Below, piece by piece: positions 38,342-52,619 of a DNA stretch of 64,000 nucleotides. The stretch spans positions 328,677 through 392,676 of the forward strand of contig NMRA01000006.1 of NCBI GenBank assembly GCA_002633005.1. The letters run 5' to 3'. Below the pieces are notes generated by a model, which had not been told where the DNA came from, ran no database searches, and saw only the letters and a program-made list of their open reading frames with translations. Within the stretch, counting starts at the first letter, position 1; each line of letters begins with the position of its first letter. The DNA comes from Phoronis australis. Its lineage: Eukaryota; Animalia; Phoronida. The position numbers and the translations under genes were made by a program.

Positions 38342-39135
38342 TACTAAACTACATGGCAAACGGACTGCAAACACCGTGTCGGAAGCAAAAAATGATTCAA
38401 ATTCATGCAAACAACGTTGACTGACTCAAATACATGGGATTGGACTCACAAAACACGATTCATTTACCCAAAAAACACGTCCACGGACTCACATTCACTT
38501 AGAAATGCAACACATGGACCGTTCACTCCGATAAAGCATATCAAATACATGGTCACGGACTCATCGGCTTTCCGGGTGAGTAGCACGAAATAGTGATTAT
38601 AACTACGTAGAAAGAGAATTGATCAACCTTCATGTATTTGGCAACACCTTTGCCTAAAGAATGCGGTTTTAGTACAAAAATACAACTTTCACAAGAGACA
38701 CACATTTCAAGTCAGCCTATAACCCATTTCAAATGTTCTTTTTTTACTGCGCATTAACTTAAATAGGTCGCAAACAACAGCATGGCAAGTGTCGATCTGA
38801 CACCACTACCTGAGTCCTTTACGCAGGAATTGCATTCTATATTACATCACATTACAGACAAACATATGATCAAAATTATATTCAATGTCGCAGCCATTAG
38901 GTCTACGCAGCTGTCGGAGCCAATTTCTACATTTTATCCGTAAACAGTGATTGGCGGACCGCGTGTCATGTATATTTGTGGATGTGAGTCCGTGATTGTT
39001 TTTTTGGTGAATGAATCGTGTTTTATGAGTCCAATTCCATGTATTTGAGTCAATGAACGGTGTTTGCGCATACGTGAGTCGTGTTTTAGCAGCTGACATA
39101 GTGTTTTGCAATACGTTAGCCGTGTAGTTTAGGTA
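38342..39135. mobile_element. Non-autonomous DNA element with long (~160-bp) terminal inverted repeats
   Basis: 38342-38500 is the diverged reverse complement of ~38975-39135 (e.g. tgactcaaatacatgggattggactcacaaaacacgattcatt vs aatgaatcgtgttttatgagtccaattccatgtatttgagtca). Confidence 0.85.
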
Positions 39136-39882
39136 ACTTAACTACAGCTATGTACTGAGCAATTGAGTGAACTCGCCCACATCACTGAATGGGATAATTG
39201 GCATGGTCAGTGAACTCGTCCACACCAGGATGAGGGAAAACAGCAGGCGGTAAATCAGCTGCTGGTCAAGCACACGGACATACTTCTTTAGCTGCTACAA
39301 CCGAGATTGGCACATAAGATGGCTAAAATTCAAATTAAATCAAATTTTCATGTAACTTGTACATCGAAACGAATCTTGGTCTTTGACTTGGACAAAAATC
39401 ACCGTCAGATTTTATTGGGAACTCTATTTAATTTTTTCACCATCATTCAATTTGGAGAATGCAACAACACAAGGCTCTGAAGATTTTTGACCCCGACTCA
39501 TTTTGATGGAGAAAACGTGAAAAACTTGGTTTGATTTGAAATTTCACCCAACTCCGTTGCAGCAAACTTGAATATTAAATTTAAAACCCAACAATAAGCA
39601 CTACATAAATACACTGTCACATATCATGCCACTCTCCAGTCACAAAATTTTACACAAACTATTTCCCCCGAGGGAACACAGCATATAATTCCACAACTTT
39701 CACGTTCATGTAAAAAAACTTGATTCCAGGAAAAATAATCCGGAAAGAATCCGCAAAAAACATTCGGATGAATGGGCCTAGTACTAACCATGGAAATTAT
39801 CTGGGTTGTCGGTGATAATTTTTGCCACCAACACACAAATGCCGTTAAACCGAATTTACACAACGGGGAATGGATTACTTAC

Positions 39883-39950
39883 CTGTGAATTTAATCTTTC
39901 CATACAGATCTTCTATCTGTGGTGCCAGTCCCAGCTTGAAAAGATATAAA
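39883..39950 (-). CDS. IQGAP1: IQGAP exon 6
   Basis: LYLFKLGLAPQIEDLYGKIKFT. Confidence 0.96.
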
Positions 39951-41079
39951 CTGAAAAGACACAATTAAGCAAGTCATGAAGACGCAAGACAGAAAAATTA
40001 AGAACACACACAATAGAACACATGTTCCTGGTCCGTTCCAGGAGTGACATAACTACCAGAAGTATACAGACACTCTTAAACGGGCATTTCTACCTACTTA
40101 TAACATAAAGATGGAAATCAAGTGACGAGTCAATTAACTATAATTGACTAAAGCTGCAATTCAAACTATTTAGCAGGCTAAAAAGCTAAAATCAAATTAG
40201 GCATTTTTCCCCACTAAGTCAGTTTCCTATTATTTAATGACAGCTGTCTTTTTCCGTTACCGACAAGAACATCAAAACCATCAGCAACTGAAGAAAATGC
40301 TTTGCAGTTTATTGGTTTGTGGCTGACTCAGAAATGACAGAGGTACGCACTGCCTATGACTTGCGATGTCAACTGGTGTCAAGATCTGATGAGTGTGGCA
40401 AAATGTTTCGGTTAAGAATTTAACACTGACAGCTAAACAAGGGTGAAAAGCAGGTTTAAGGCAAAAGGCTATCTTTGTACTAAGGATAGAATTTCGTAGT
40501 AATTTTTTAAGTATTAATGACAGACCCTCATGAAAGTATATATTTTCAAAATCCTTGATGATCATAAATATCCAGATGTTTGGAATCGCGTAATTGCGTT
40601 AGTTCTGAGGAACAATGATTTTTCATGGAGGTCGCTGTGTTTTACACAAACATGACTTTTTTGCACGACGCTTTAATCCATCAGCCACAGACAATAAAAA
40701 TTGAGTGAGCAAAATTTTATGTGAAAACGGTACAACCACACAATTGAGAGAAAACAATGTTGAAAGCAGCCAAAAGGTCTGAAAAAGGCCAGTAACAACT
40801 CGCACACTTTACACATGAACGACGCATTTAAAGAAATTCTAAGAGTAGAAATGGAATAAGATGCAATTTTTTAAAATATACAAATAACTGCATTTTTGAA
40901 GAGAAATTCAACAAAGGTAGACAATTGCCTTAAATCAATGTTAAGAAACTTTTGCCTTGGGTCAGTACCAAACTCTGGGTCTGCAAAACCGCATAATGAC
41001 CTCGCTGGAAGACAATGCTTTTGTGTAACCTACTATCAAATCATACTACTTCACAAAAATAACGAGAGGCTGGAATTAC

Positions 41080-41156
41080 CTCAGTGCGTGTATACAGTAT
41101 ATGACTTTAGGCATATTCTTCTTGTCATAAATGTCAGTCGTCTCTGGATAGAAGAT
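41080..41156 (-). CDS. IQGAP1: IQGAP exon 5 (CH domain)
   Basis: IFYPETTDIYDKKNMPKVIYCIHALS. Confidence 0.96.
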
Positions 41157-42604
41157 CTGCAAATAAGAGGAATGTTCACAGTAATGTTTCTTCAAATTTT
41201 AGAAGAAATTTATTGTTGAAAGTGATTGTTCAAGATTCTAAGGCTTAATGCAAAAATGATCAAAATTTCCCCATGTGCAGTGCGCAAACTACAAACTAGG
41301 TTGACAAAGAAACAAAAATAATGCCTTCCTGTTGAGAAATTTGAGAAAATTAAATTCCACTATTCTGACAAATTGTGTCCTGAAGCTCTTCCGTATATAA
41401 CGGCGATAAAGTAATTGAAATTTCAGATGATATTGTTTGATAAGACAAAGTAATGTGGGTTGCAATTTCAGTTTAACATTGCATTGAAGTGTGTCCTTAC
41501 GAAATAAATACATTTTTACCCTAAGTGTCTAAAGCATCGAATTAAAACCATATCCCATGACGACATTCAGCTAACCGGAGACAAGTTGCCAGTATGCACA
41601 GAAATAAAGAGGAAATAGCTTCTTATAGAAGTCCCAGATTATGTGAACCAGTTTGATGTCTGTTACTCGGAGGAGAAAACTGGTTCTCAAAATGCAAGAA
41701 CCCTCAAAGTGACTATTACCGCTGAACAGGTTATCGTACACTAACTAGTTGAATAATTGACCAATCGCCATTATTTTGAGCGATGGCTTAACTGACCAAT
41801 CAGAATGCAGCATTCTTGACACGCCCTCGTTTCCAAGTCACCATTTTACCCAACAAACAACACATTATCGGGTAAAACTTATTGTTTGTTTGTCAACTTT
41901 TCACAAGGGGGCAGAGCTTGCAATAGGTCCATTGTAAGCTGACGAGTGAATAGAGTCTTCTGGAGTGCCGATGTCAGTAAAACCACCAAAATCAAATGCA
42001 CAATGTGAATATGTAGATACGGTAATTCTCCACTTAATTGGCACAAAAATAACTGTTAATACTGAAATTTTTCATTTTTCAATGTCTGACTGCCTCTTAG
42101 AAATTAATGGGAACTTTTGCAACTGTTGCTTTATGACATCTATGCATCGCAAACCATTCTTGTAATAGACTAAAACGTGGTTAATCTTTTAACTTTAGTG
42201 GCGAAATTTAATAAAATAAAATTTCAACTGTCAGCCATATTGTGAGCTAAATAAGTGAAGAATTAGGGTACTACCCTTTTCATACAGTTTGACGCATCAA
42301 TCTTATTTTCATTTACTTTGATCTTGTTGCGAGTGACTCATACAATTTTCACATGAAACAGGGGTTTGTGTGTTAATAAGTCATTCTTTTTAGATTACAA
42401 CTCCAAACGTCAGCAAAGGTAAATTACTTAAACAGATGTAAAAACCCAATTTCATGCAATCTGACACACATAGCAGATATGTAGTGGAGAGCATGTATTT
42501 AAGTGGTAACTGTAGAGCAATTGCATGATAGATACCCTCCAGCAACCCATTGTTTTCTGGTCCCCACTAAGATAACAGCCTCTCACACAAACACAGAGGA
42601 GATG

Positions 42605-42783
42605 ACCTTGAAAACAAAGTCCAGAGCAGTCCTTTCTGTCATAAGATTTCAGGACTTATCAAACTACCTCAGGAAGTAGAAAGCAGACCTTGAAAACAAG
42701 GTCCAGCACACAGTCAATCAAACAATAATACTATCCTGTCTTAAGATTTAACACTTATTAGCTACCTCCAAAAGTAGAGAGCA
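42605..42783. repeat. Diverged tandem duplication (~80-95 bp)
   Basis: gaccttgaaaacaa.gtccag...taagattt...ctacctc...aagtaga.agca occurs twice. Confidence 0.7.
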
Positions 42784-44111
42784 ACAACAACTCCCAATCT
42801 TCTCTATCTAATGTTAATTGTTTACTTCCATTTGTTTAATATAATTTCATGTCAATTTTGACAACTGAAAAAACAATGAACACCGAACGTACAAAACATC
42901 TATTATTACAAAGCTGTGTCCTACAGGATCTTGCCCCAACACAAGTTGTTCCAGGAACAAGGAGAATGAGTAAAATTTTGAGCATTTGTAACAAAATGGC
43001 AAGACTCTGAAAAATAAATGTATGGCAGTTTTAGCAATTATTTTTATTCCAAATTGAAGAATTTTTACCGCAATTCACACAGGCACTTTATGGCAGGAGA
43101 CGTGCACACATACAAAGAACATCAGCGATCTTCCCAACTTGCTCTGACTCGTCACTGTGTTGAGTTTGAATTTTGCATTAATGAGTATGACTGGTTTGCG
43201 TCGAGTCTGAAACCTATTTCACCAGTTTGAAGTGTCGCGAAATTAGTATTTTCTTAAGCAAACTGGGACATTTTAGACTTTTGGTACCACTTCAATGCAT
43301 TTATTCCAAGTCCCCACAGTAAGGACAAGAACTTTTGAGCACTTATGTGAATTTTGTAATTCCAGTCAATTTTGAACCTTTTGTTGTGCAGAGCATTGAA
43401 CATTACAACTTTCAACATAGAAGGGGAGGGAATCAGTTTGCCTTTGGCAAAATTGCAGTGGAGCCAATGTCCATTTGACATAACTTAGTTAATAAACCTG
43501 GGCCTCATTTGAATCCCAAACTCATTACCGATCACCTCACAGCAGTCATGGCACTTAAAAAAAACCCAGGCTTCAATCAGCTATCAATTCAAGATAACTC
43601 CATATCATATACAAGGTAACTACTAACATGTTACATTGTATTTCGTATTACTTGACTTTCCATGAGTGATAAAAATCCCATGCCTCCTTCAACAAGTTAT
43701 TGTCACCCCGATAACCTCTAAGCGACCCTCATAACTATGTTATTATATCGCTTGGAATATCTAATCACCCAGCCAGAAAGTTCATGAAACTACGAAAAGT
43801 TTAAGTTACGTAAAAGTGCAAACAAATCACACCGCATTTTTATGACAAAACTATCAATTTGTATACTTGTCACTGCTTCGTTCCAAAGCCAGAACTCTAA
43901 CTGGCCTTCTCTAAAGGTCATATATAATTAAACAACCTATAAACGTTTATATACTGAACACCCTAACCACCTGAAGAAGAAAACACCTTTCACTTTTTAA
44001 TGTTAGCATTAGTCATGATCACAGGTCACGACCTCCGACCCACTTTCCTCTCAACTCCACCCCAATCACAGCTGTGCCACCAGAAGTAAGCACTGACTGT
44101 TGATGCAGAGT

Positions 44112-44113
<2 letters not shown>

Positions 44114-44146
<33 letters not shown>
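44114..44146. repeat. (GT)n microsatellite
   Basis: Direct observation. Confidence 0.95.
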
Positions 44147-44148
<2 letters not shown>

Positions 44149-45490
44149 TGAATATCGATTGACAGAGGAATCTAGACACAATCAATTATTGTTGTCATAA
44201 CCTTTCACTGAGTAGAAACTGTTGCATTCAGCAGATTGGTGCGAAGAGATACATGAAAATATTATCATTTGTTTCATAGTTGTAAGGTTTTAGCTATTAC
44301 CAGAGTAATGTCAAGAGAATAAAATTCCCATATGGGGAAGGCATGCCCAAGACAAACTCTGTAATTCATTGTACCTAAAAGAAAGGCTACTGAAGATGTT
44401 TGTGTTGAACTACTCCATAAGTTCAATGAATTTGTTTCTATAACGTTATTAATGTGTTAGTTATTAACAATTGTTGCATTACATCGTCCCCGGATGAAAT
44501 ACGCTATTCCCTGACTACGAGGGTACAAAAAGCTGAGTCTATCCTCCCCGACGGGGGCTTGGTAGACGACGAAGTCCATAGACAATGCATGTACACAGGA
44601 AAACAAAAGAGGCAATATTGTGTCAAGAGATAACTCAGTTCTTACATTTGCTCTGGGACAACTAAGATTATCAATCAACATAACATTTCCAAGTCTCAGT
44701 TTTTGTCATTTCTTTGCATTTGTCAACATGACAGCTTGCACAAACTGTTATTTAGGTCTGTGAGTGGTATTCATTAAAAGAATAATAGTCTTCAGAGGTA
44801 AATTAGTTTTTTGGAATTCTAAACCAATATCAGTTTATCACCAGATCTTTTTACGGTAAGCCAAGTTTGTACTAAAACAATTAAACAGTGGCAGTTGCTC
44901 TTAGGCTAAAACGCCGATCAGCAATTGTTCTGCACAGAAAGTGACAGAAATTTAAACATTCAAAATAGAACAGTCATCCTGACATGTCTCAAGTTTGAAA
45001 TTTAGCTAAAATAATCACTAGGAAACAATTACATAGAATTGAAATATCAATCACCTTAAGTTTTTGGCACTTCAAGTATAAAAATTTGGAAGACATGCAC
45101 ATAAAAGTGGGCGTCAAATATCTCTGAACTCGACTGGCAACGCCAGTAAATAGGGTACTCTGTTGCAGTAACACAAATACGGCAATGTTTAAATGTTTGC
45201 TATGTATAATTATTTTTCGGAGTCGGATACCATCCACTGTGTGAACATAATAACAGTGTATAGGATAAATGAAGCATCATTGTAAAGAGTAATACTAAAA
45301 TTCAACAATACATAAACGCAGTCTAAACGTGAAATACTATTCTTTACGCTCCGTATATTAGATTCTTTTCATCATAGTATAACCTTTTTAACCAGAATGG
45401 AATCTAAATCATTTCAACAAATTGGGTTTACTACATTGATCCTTTTCTGTAAAGGACACAAGAGAGCATAAATCAGGCGATTTATAATTT

Positions 45491-45679
45491 CACAAATAAA
45501 TAGGCTTGTGTGAAAGAAAATATTTGTGTTGTAAAATTTAACTGAAATAAATGTGTTTGCACAAATAAAGTCAGCGTAATGATAAAAAAGAGGCAGAAAA
45601 AGAGATAATTGGAAATCAAAGAGGAAATCGAAGCCAAAAAAGAGGAAATCCTCTTAAGAGACGAAAATTCCAAGCCCTG
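45491..45679. mobile_element. hAT-like MITE (family B), 5'-truncated copy 3
   Basis: aaataaataggcttgt...gaggaaatcctcttaa...attccaagccctg matches the 3' half of 18785-19039. Confidence 0.8.
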
Positions 45680-45904
45680 AAAACTTTATGATGAGAGATA
45701 GGAAAAACAAAAGAAACCCGGAGAATACACAAGCAGGCAATTCCACACGGTTATCAGATAATCAAAGTCACACTGCCGGCTACAAACGGATAACATACTT
45801 TTATTACATGATATAAATTTTCATGTTTCAGTCTTGATTCATAAGGAAGTAACATCATCAACCAAGTTGAAACTACCGCCTGGTAGTTGCAGTAACGGTT
45901 ATGT

Positions 45905-46042
45905 AGGACCATATATAGGACCATATATAGGACCATGTATAGGACCATATATAGGACCATGTATAGGACCATGTATAGGACCATATATAGGACCATATAT
46001 AGGACCATGTATAGGACCATATATAGGACCATATATAGGACC
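45905..46042. repeat. 12-bp minisatellite (aggaccatRtat)
   Basis: About 11 copies; source of the VLYM and GPYI pseudo-ORFs. Confidence 0.95.
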
Positions 46043-46085
46043 TCATCCACAAGTCAGTGTAGTTAGCCCAATGCTTACAAAAATA

Positions 46086-46491
46086 TACACCTTATTCACG
46101 CAGTTGCCATTTTAAAAGTGAGCCTCTTTCTAGGTTTTAAAAACAATGCGTTCTGCGCTTAATCACAATGCAAAGCGTGATTTTTTTCACTTCTCTCCCT
46201 ACATTTATGTTTCAACTGCGTTGTTTTTTAAACCTAAAAAGAGGCTCGCAACTACTCATGTGCGCACCCATGCGGGAGGCTCGTGGGGCTCGAATGAGTC
46301 CCCCATTTGGCGAAGTGAACAAAAAGGTCCGCCTCAGTGAAACAAAAAGTCCACTAAAGAGACGCAAACATTTTTTTTTGTCCTTCGCCTTTTTTGTAGG
46401 TAAAAGGTCCACATCGTCGGAAATTCAAGCCACCCCATATTAAAGGCTGGGTGCGCGCATGCTAAAATGGCGACAGCGTGAATAAGGTGTA
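46086..46491. mobile_element. MITE with 28-bp TIRs, containing a nested MITE
   Basis: tacaccttattcacgcagttgccatttt / aaaatggcgacagcgtgaataaggtgta (2 mismatches). Confidence 0.85.
46257..46461. mobile_element. Nested small MITE with 14-bp TIRs
   Basis: catgtgcgcaccca / tgggtgcgcgcatg (1 mismatch). Confidence 0.7.
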
Positions 46492-48616
46492 CAGATTTAA
46501 ATTCAGGAAAGCAGAAGCCTGCAGACTATGATTTTGTACTTAATACCGATCTCCCAATAAGAGGATCATGTGACCACGCCTTCTCAATAAAAATTAGCAA
46601 GAAAGAAAGGTACAGTCATAGCAAAACAGTCGTGACAATAACATGACCAAATTTCTTTTGATACAAATTTTCAAGAAGAAATCGTAACAATGTTATTGCT
46701 ACAAATTCTAATTTCGCTTTCATTTTATGTAAATTTTGAGTTTTTTTCAAAAAAATTTGAAAGTCCCATTTTGATAATCCCTTATGCAAAAGTGAAACAC
46801 ATTATAAACACTCCTAATAGCATTTCGGAGAACAGTGCATGAAATATATGCAGAATCTGACAGTTTCACATGAATCTGATCAGCCATTTCTAAGCTATGA
46901 TATTCTGAAGGTAGCCAAATTAGACATTTTTCAAGGGTCCTAAATAGCCGGCTTTGAAAATGGAGACGGCACATCCGTTTATAAACATCAAGTAATGAAA
47001 AAACATAACACAGCTGCATTGCTGTAAAAATTCGTCAATGCCATACGAAAATAATTGCTGAAATAGACACTTTTTAAAAACTCAAATATCGTCACAATTG
47101 CTCACATTCATATAATTTATTTTCATTGAAATATTCAAAAATACCGAATTTCCACCATAGCCTATCTTAAGTTGAGAAAAAACAACAAAAACAAGCTTCA
47201 CTTCCATCAACTGTTCCATCCGCTTATTCACCCCTCTTTAACAAGTGCTTGCAGACAATTTTTATCTACTTCTAAGAAAGCATCCTGCCCTCAACAGTAT
47301 AATCAAGCAAGGTTACCACTATACACTTGGGCTCTCTAGATATTGGAGGATATAACATTAGCTATTGTAGTGCCTAAGTGTTTAATAACACATCATCAGA
47401 GCATAATCATCCCCAACACATCAGATGGGTAAGCCTGGTATTGTAGACCAATGAAGTGGCTATTGAGAAATGGCCTTAAGTGTTTGGGGTGTTTTCTGTG
47501 TAAACAAATAGAGGAGCACCTCTCATGGAGTGGAGGTGCTCGCAAGGAGGTGAGACTCAGTTTACAAAGCTCCTATTAAATGCAAAATGGCAGTCACGCA
47601 TTCTCAGGGACTTGAAGGACTATTACCCGATTGTGCCTTTATCACCGAATTGGAAATGTGAAAAAAATCGTATGCTTACTATAGTTGTATCTGTTATGTA
47701 ATTATTACCATTCACACCCACAGTTCAAACTGTTGTAACCCTGGTTTGTGGTTGTAGTCACTAATCACCAGTGCTACTGCTTTCTGATTCACCCCAGCTA
47801 GTGCCTTAGTGCAACACTGTTTCAACAGATACTTGACAGCAGCGCCACCTACAGAGTTATAATTTTTACAACTGCCGAGTTCGGACCGTGTTACCACAAC
47901 AGTTATAACCACCCTCACACAGGTTTAAAACTGCGCTACAATTACTTTTAAAACTGGGTTTAAAGCATTCAGATCGAGAGTTCTAACCTTTAGATGGGCT
48001 TTAAAAGTTATAATTGCTTTGGTGTGAACAGTACATTATTTCGCTAGGCAACTGTTATCTGAACTACAATAGCTTAATGTGTTCAGACGTGAAATCTAAT
48101 GTCATTTTACTGAGCAAACAATTATTTTTTTGCAAAGGAATTTCGGCCAAGGGTGAACTAGCTACCCACCAAGGTCTATGCCATGACGTAGTTGCGTTAC
48201 AAAGTAAAAAAAGAGATTTCCTTGCCATGCGATGAACAGCAGAAAATCAATGATAGGTCACATTTTTGGAATTTCGCAGAAACCAAAGCAAGTTTGTACT
48301 ATAAGTCTGCACTACTGAGACACTGCTATTCCTCCCGAGGGCATCGTGGTCTGGTACTCCATACCCACCTCAATTATTATTCCGTCGTCAGTCTCTCAGT
48401 CTCTATGCGTAGAATGCAAAATCTCCCACAAGAAAATATTTCACTCATCCTTTCAGTACAATTCTGCTTTCTAAGGATTCCATGACTAGTCAACTGGTTA
48501 ACCATACATGAAGCACTCAGTTTGAAAAAAATGCCCAAAGCAAATATCTAATTATTCCCGTATTCTTTCATATACAACTACCCGGAAGAATGACAAGAAA
48601 AACATGACTAAAACAC

Positions 48617-48628
48617 CAACAACAATAA

Positions 48629-48661
<33 letters not shown>

Positions 48662-48670
48662 AAACAACAA
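48617..48670. repeat. (CAA)n microsatellite
   Basis: Direct observation, next to the exon 4 donor. Confidence 0.9.
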
Positions 48671-48701
48671 GTTTACTTTAAGACAGCACTGATCACCTTA
48701 C

Positions 48702-48779
48702 CTTTGGCAGCCCGACTTTTTCCATGCCTCGGAAGAAATGGTTAATGTTGTCCGTATGGCGGAAATGGAGGCCCCTCGT
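48702..48779 (-). CDS. IQGAP1: IQGAP exon 4 (CH domain)
   Basis: TRGLHFRHTDNINHFFRGMEKVGLPK; tag/gtaagg. Confidence 0.96.
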
Positions 48780-49283
48780 CTAAAAACAAAACGCATATCA
48801 TGATTCATTTTTAAACAAAAGTAGAATATTTCACTTCAAAGAATGGCAACAAACCAGGGGAAGGAAGAACAGTCTCTAGTGAATTCCTTTTAATGTAAGT
48901 CACTATTGTCCTTTAAGCCTTTTTCCATGCATGCAATGATAGAAAACAAAATTCTCTAACCATATCACCTATAACATTGTTGTGCAACATGGTGGGACAA
49001 AAAGTCACAACTTGAGCCATAGTTGGGTATCCATTACTAGACTTCATATCATTCATTCACAAGTGATCAGTCAATGGGAAACATTCTGTCTACTCTTTAG
49101 CGTTATGATAGCACAAAAGTGTCTTTCCGTAAGCCTAATTCTAAATGGTAATTCTCACCAAACTTCAATAACGCTACGACCTCCCAAGAAAAACAAGACC
49201 TCACGAGATATTGACGTGTATTTTCAAGAACACATGATTTTGGTTAGGTTTTTCTCGCCGCGAGACAGCTCTTTGACTCTACA

Positions 49284-49364
49284 NNNNNNNNNNNNNNNNN
49301 NNNNNNNNNNNNNNNNNNNNNNNNNNNNNNNNNNNNNNNNNNNNNNNNNNNNNNNNNNNNNNNN
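49284..49364. other. Assembly gap
   Basis: Run of N. Confidence 0.99.
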
Positions 49365-52300
49365 CACAACAGTTTTTTCTTGGCTTTATTTCTCTTTCGG
49401 GTGTGCAAGACCAAGTTGACAGGGCCGAAACACAACTTCCTTCATTCATGGTCATTTCAAGATGTTATACACTTTTGTATGAATAATTTGAATATTCCAC
49501 TGCACGACAGTGGCAACTTGATGGCATGATTGTCGCAAAGAATTTACAAAAAGCCCTGGGAAAAATCCTATTGAATTGAATCTATATAAGAATATACAAC
49601 ACAGTCTGCCAACTACTGTTACCATTTGGGCAGATGTCATCGCGTCGCTTATAGATCGGAAAATGGCTATAAATTTCAATGGTAAAATCTAATTGCAATC
49701 GTGACAAGGGTAATTTTGAGACCAGGTGGTTAGAGTTAGTCATATCATTTCATGAGAGTGTTTCATACAAGGAAAGAAATGCACCTAAAATACTGGATTA
49801 TCTTGTACACTATAACAAATGGTTTCACAGTAGGTGTCATGACATCACTGGCCCACTTTTACTGAAACCTTTGTCAACACAAGCCACTCTTTCCTCAACA
49901 GCAACATTTTGTTTTTCATTTAGCAATATACATGCAGTGTACAGAGTTCTGACTCTATATAATGTATTCACACAGTTCAACACTAAGGACTAATTAAACT
50001 TTTTACATGCTGTAAGGGAAATGAACTCAAGATGTCACATGACAATTACAGTATCAGACACACGAGGAGTGGGTGTTGAACTCTCACATTTTGTGGTTGC
50101 TTACCCAGACACCAGGGTAAACTAACAAGTAGCAAACAGTCAGTAATTTATCAGCCAATGTCAGTAACTCCTTATACACATAGGGGTTAATGAATAACAT
50201 GGCAAAACTGGTTTGTATACTTGAATGAAAAATACTTACACTTTTACATCTCATTAATTTCGGGCGAAATATACCAAAATTGCGCCTTTTTCATTTTTCA
50301 AAGACTTCTAATGGTGTTGTGAAAGTCAGAAATTTTCCAAAGTATTGTCTGGTGGTAGCTATGGTTACAAACCTTAAATATGTAAAAGCATTACCTTATT
50401 GCTACATATCTTTCAAGGGGAAAATAAAAAAAATTAAATTTCACGTGTCCCGCATATTTCACCCAAAATTAGTGGGATGTTAGCGTACTTTTAGCTCTTC
50501 AACTCTCCTATTCAGCGTGACTAGAAAAAAATTTCTACCATGGAGTCTTGAAAAGACCGAATAGCTATTGAGTTGGAAGTCTTGAGTTAGAAAGCGGAGA
50601 CTTCCTTCTATGGGCTTCTGTGCCAGATTGCATGAAGCAGTCCCAAATTGGACCTCAACTAAGTTGCCAAAAGCTACGGTACTGCGTATTTGTGGGCTTG
50701 TGAAAACACCGATTGTCTTTTCTTATGCTCTTTGAGTTTCATTACCAAGTAAATTTTTGACATACGTAGGAATCTTTTCATGCAAGGCATCAAATTTAAG
50801 GACTAACTCCCAAATTATTATGAACTAACTTAGGGCTCAGTTTATATTATTAGAAAATGTCTCATAAGACAAAGAGGAGCTAAAATGTTAGAAAAATGTA
50901 ACATCGGTGAGTGAAGAATGAGACAAATACACAAAAGATTTAGGGAACTTAGTTGAATCCTATTCGGAACTGTCTCATGCATCTGGGCACTGGTCGTGCA
51001 ACCTACTCATTGTTCTCCAAAACACAAAAGCGACCAGAATAACAAAATTCCAAAGTCCATATTTTGTGGACTCTGTGTGTTGGTTAAGTCTTGAAATGAA
51101 TGGATAGAACTGCTACCAAAAGTCCAAAATATCCTCATTTGCTTAAGAGATGACTAATCCCCCTGATGCTCCAAACTTATAGCATAGGTTTGTAAACTCT
51201 CGACACACGTAAGCCAAGGTAAGCCAAGCTCGTAATGGCAATATTCAAACTCAGGCAGTGATGAATCAAAACAGGTTGTGGAAAACATTGCTACTGATAA
51301 GAAGACAAATGGCTCGTTCAATTTATCTCTTCGGAAATCGGAAATCGGAAATCGTCTCTGGAATAGCATGATACAGAATACCATAGGTGAGTGTTAAACC
51401 AAACAGACTGGAGGAGTTTGACATGAAATGGTGAAGTGGTGGTAACAGAAATTGGTCTGTGTTTACATTCTGCTGATGGAAAGCTACAGTTATCAAACTG
51501 TATCTTTCACTTTTGCATGGCGTGGGTATTTCATGGTCAGTCACACGAGGGGGAACAAATTTTATCTTAATTTATGCTTAACTGACTGATGGCAATGATT
51601 TTGAAATTACCATTAAAAATTTTCAATATAGGAAAAAATAATTGTTAAAATTGCCACATTTCTATTTTCCAGAGGTTTACCACATTGTTGCAAATGCTTA
51701 AAATTGAACCAAATGTTGCTTGGAAATAGCTATGCCATACAAACCATGTCAAAAGCAAATTTTCCTGAAAAATTATTTTTACTGAGAAATCTGACAAACT
51801 ATTATTTCCCCTGTCCACCCTATTGTGTCTCAAACTGAAGAATTTTTACAGTGGGCAGCTTTGCATGGTGGCAAGAATTGAAGTTGAAATCTGATTGTAA
51901 ATGACAATTTCCTTTTACATCTACAATAATGACTTTGGCCTGGGGCTCTGTCTAGACAAGAGATAAAGCCATCAGAGATGAAGGAAATGAGCTCTTAGGA
52001 ACTTTCTACCAGCAAATTCTTCCATTGGCTGCTGTATTACACTGAATCCCTAAAAATTGATGTTATTATGCAACCAACAAGACCAAACTCAACAGAGATT
52101 ATTGATTAACCATCAGCCAATGTAATACATTACTGCCCTGCCCATAATAATAAATTAGGTCAAGTCAGGTGGATCTGTTATGTATTTAGGTCAACAGCAG
52201 AGGCCTGAGCAAGATCAACATTCAATAGTTCAGGTCATGTAAGACCTTGTCCACCAGTGTGTGTGTTAAGCTGAAGATCTACAGAGCTATAGGTGTTTAA

Positions 52301-52619
52301 TCAGTAAAGGTAGATACTTTCAGCCACACCTGATATTAATCTGACGTTAAGTGGGTCACATGACCACTGTGTTTTGTAAAATTTACCATAACAACGGCAT
52401 CAATAACCATGATGACCAAATTTCATTTGATAAATATAATCTAGAGGAAATCTCAAAAATGATGTAATTTACAGTTTTATAAATTAATTGATTTCATTTT
52501 CGTTTAATGTAATATTTGAGTTTTACATAAAAACTGTCAAAGTCCTACTTTTTGCTCGCCTTTCATGCAAAAGTGGAACAATTATTAACAGTATTTTACA
52601 GAAGAGTGTATAAAACTTG

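Noticed and set aside
44535-44600. Peptide CVHALSMDFVVYQAPVGED echoing CIHALSLYLFKLGLAPQIED across exons 5-6 (duplicated exon or retrocopy?)
   Set aside because: Nucleotide similarity is poor (Ser is TCT vs AGT), there are no matching splice sites, and similarity does not extend. Most likely chance.
45754-46115. ORFs with (VLYM)n and (GPYI)n repeats
   Set aside because: Translations of a 12-bp minisatellite.
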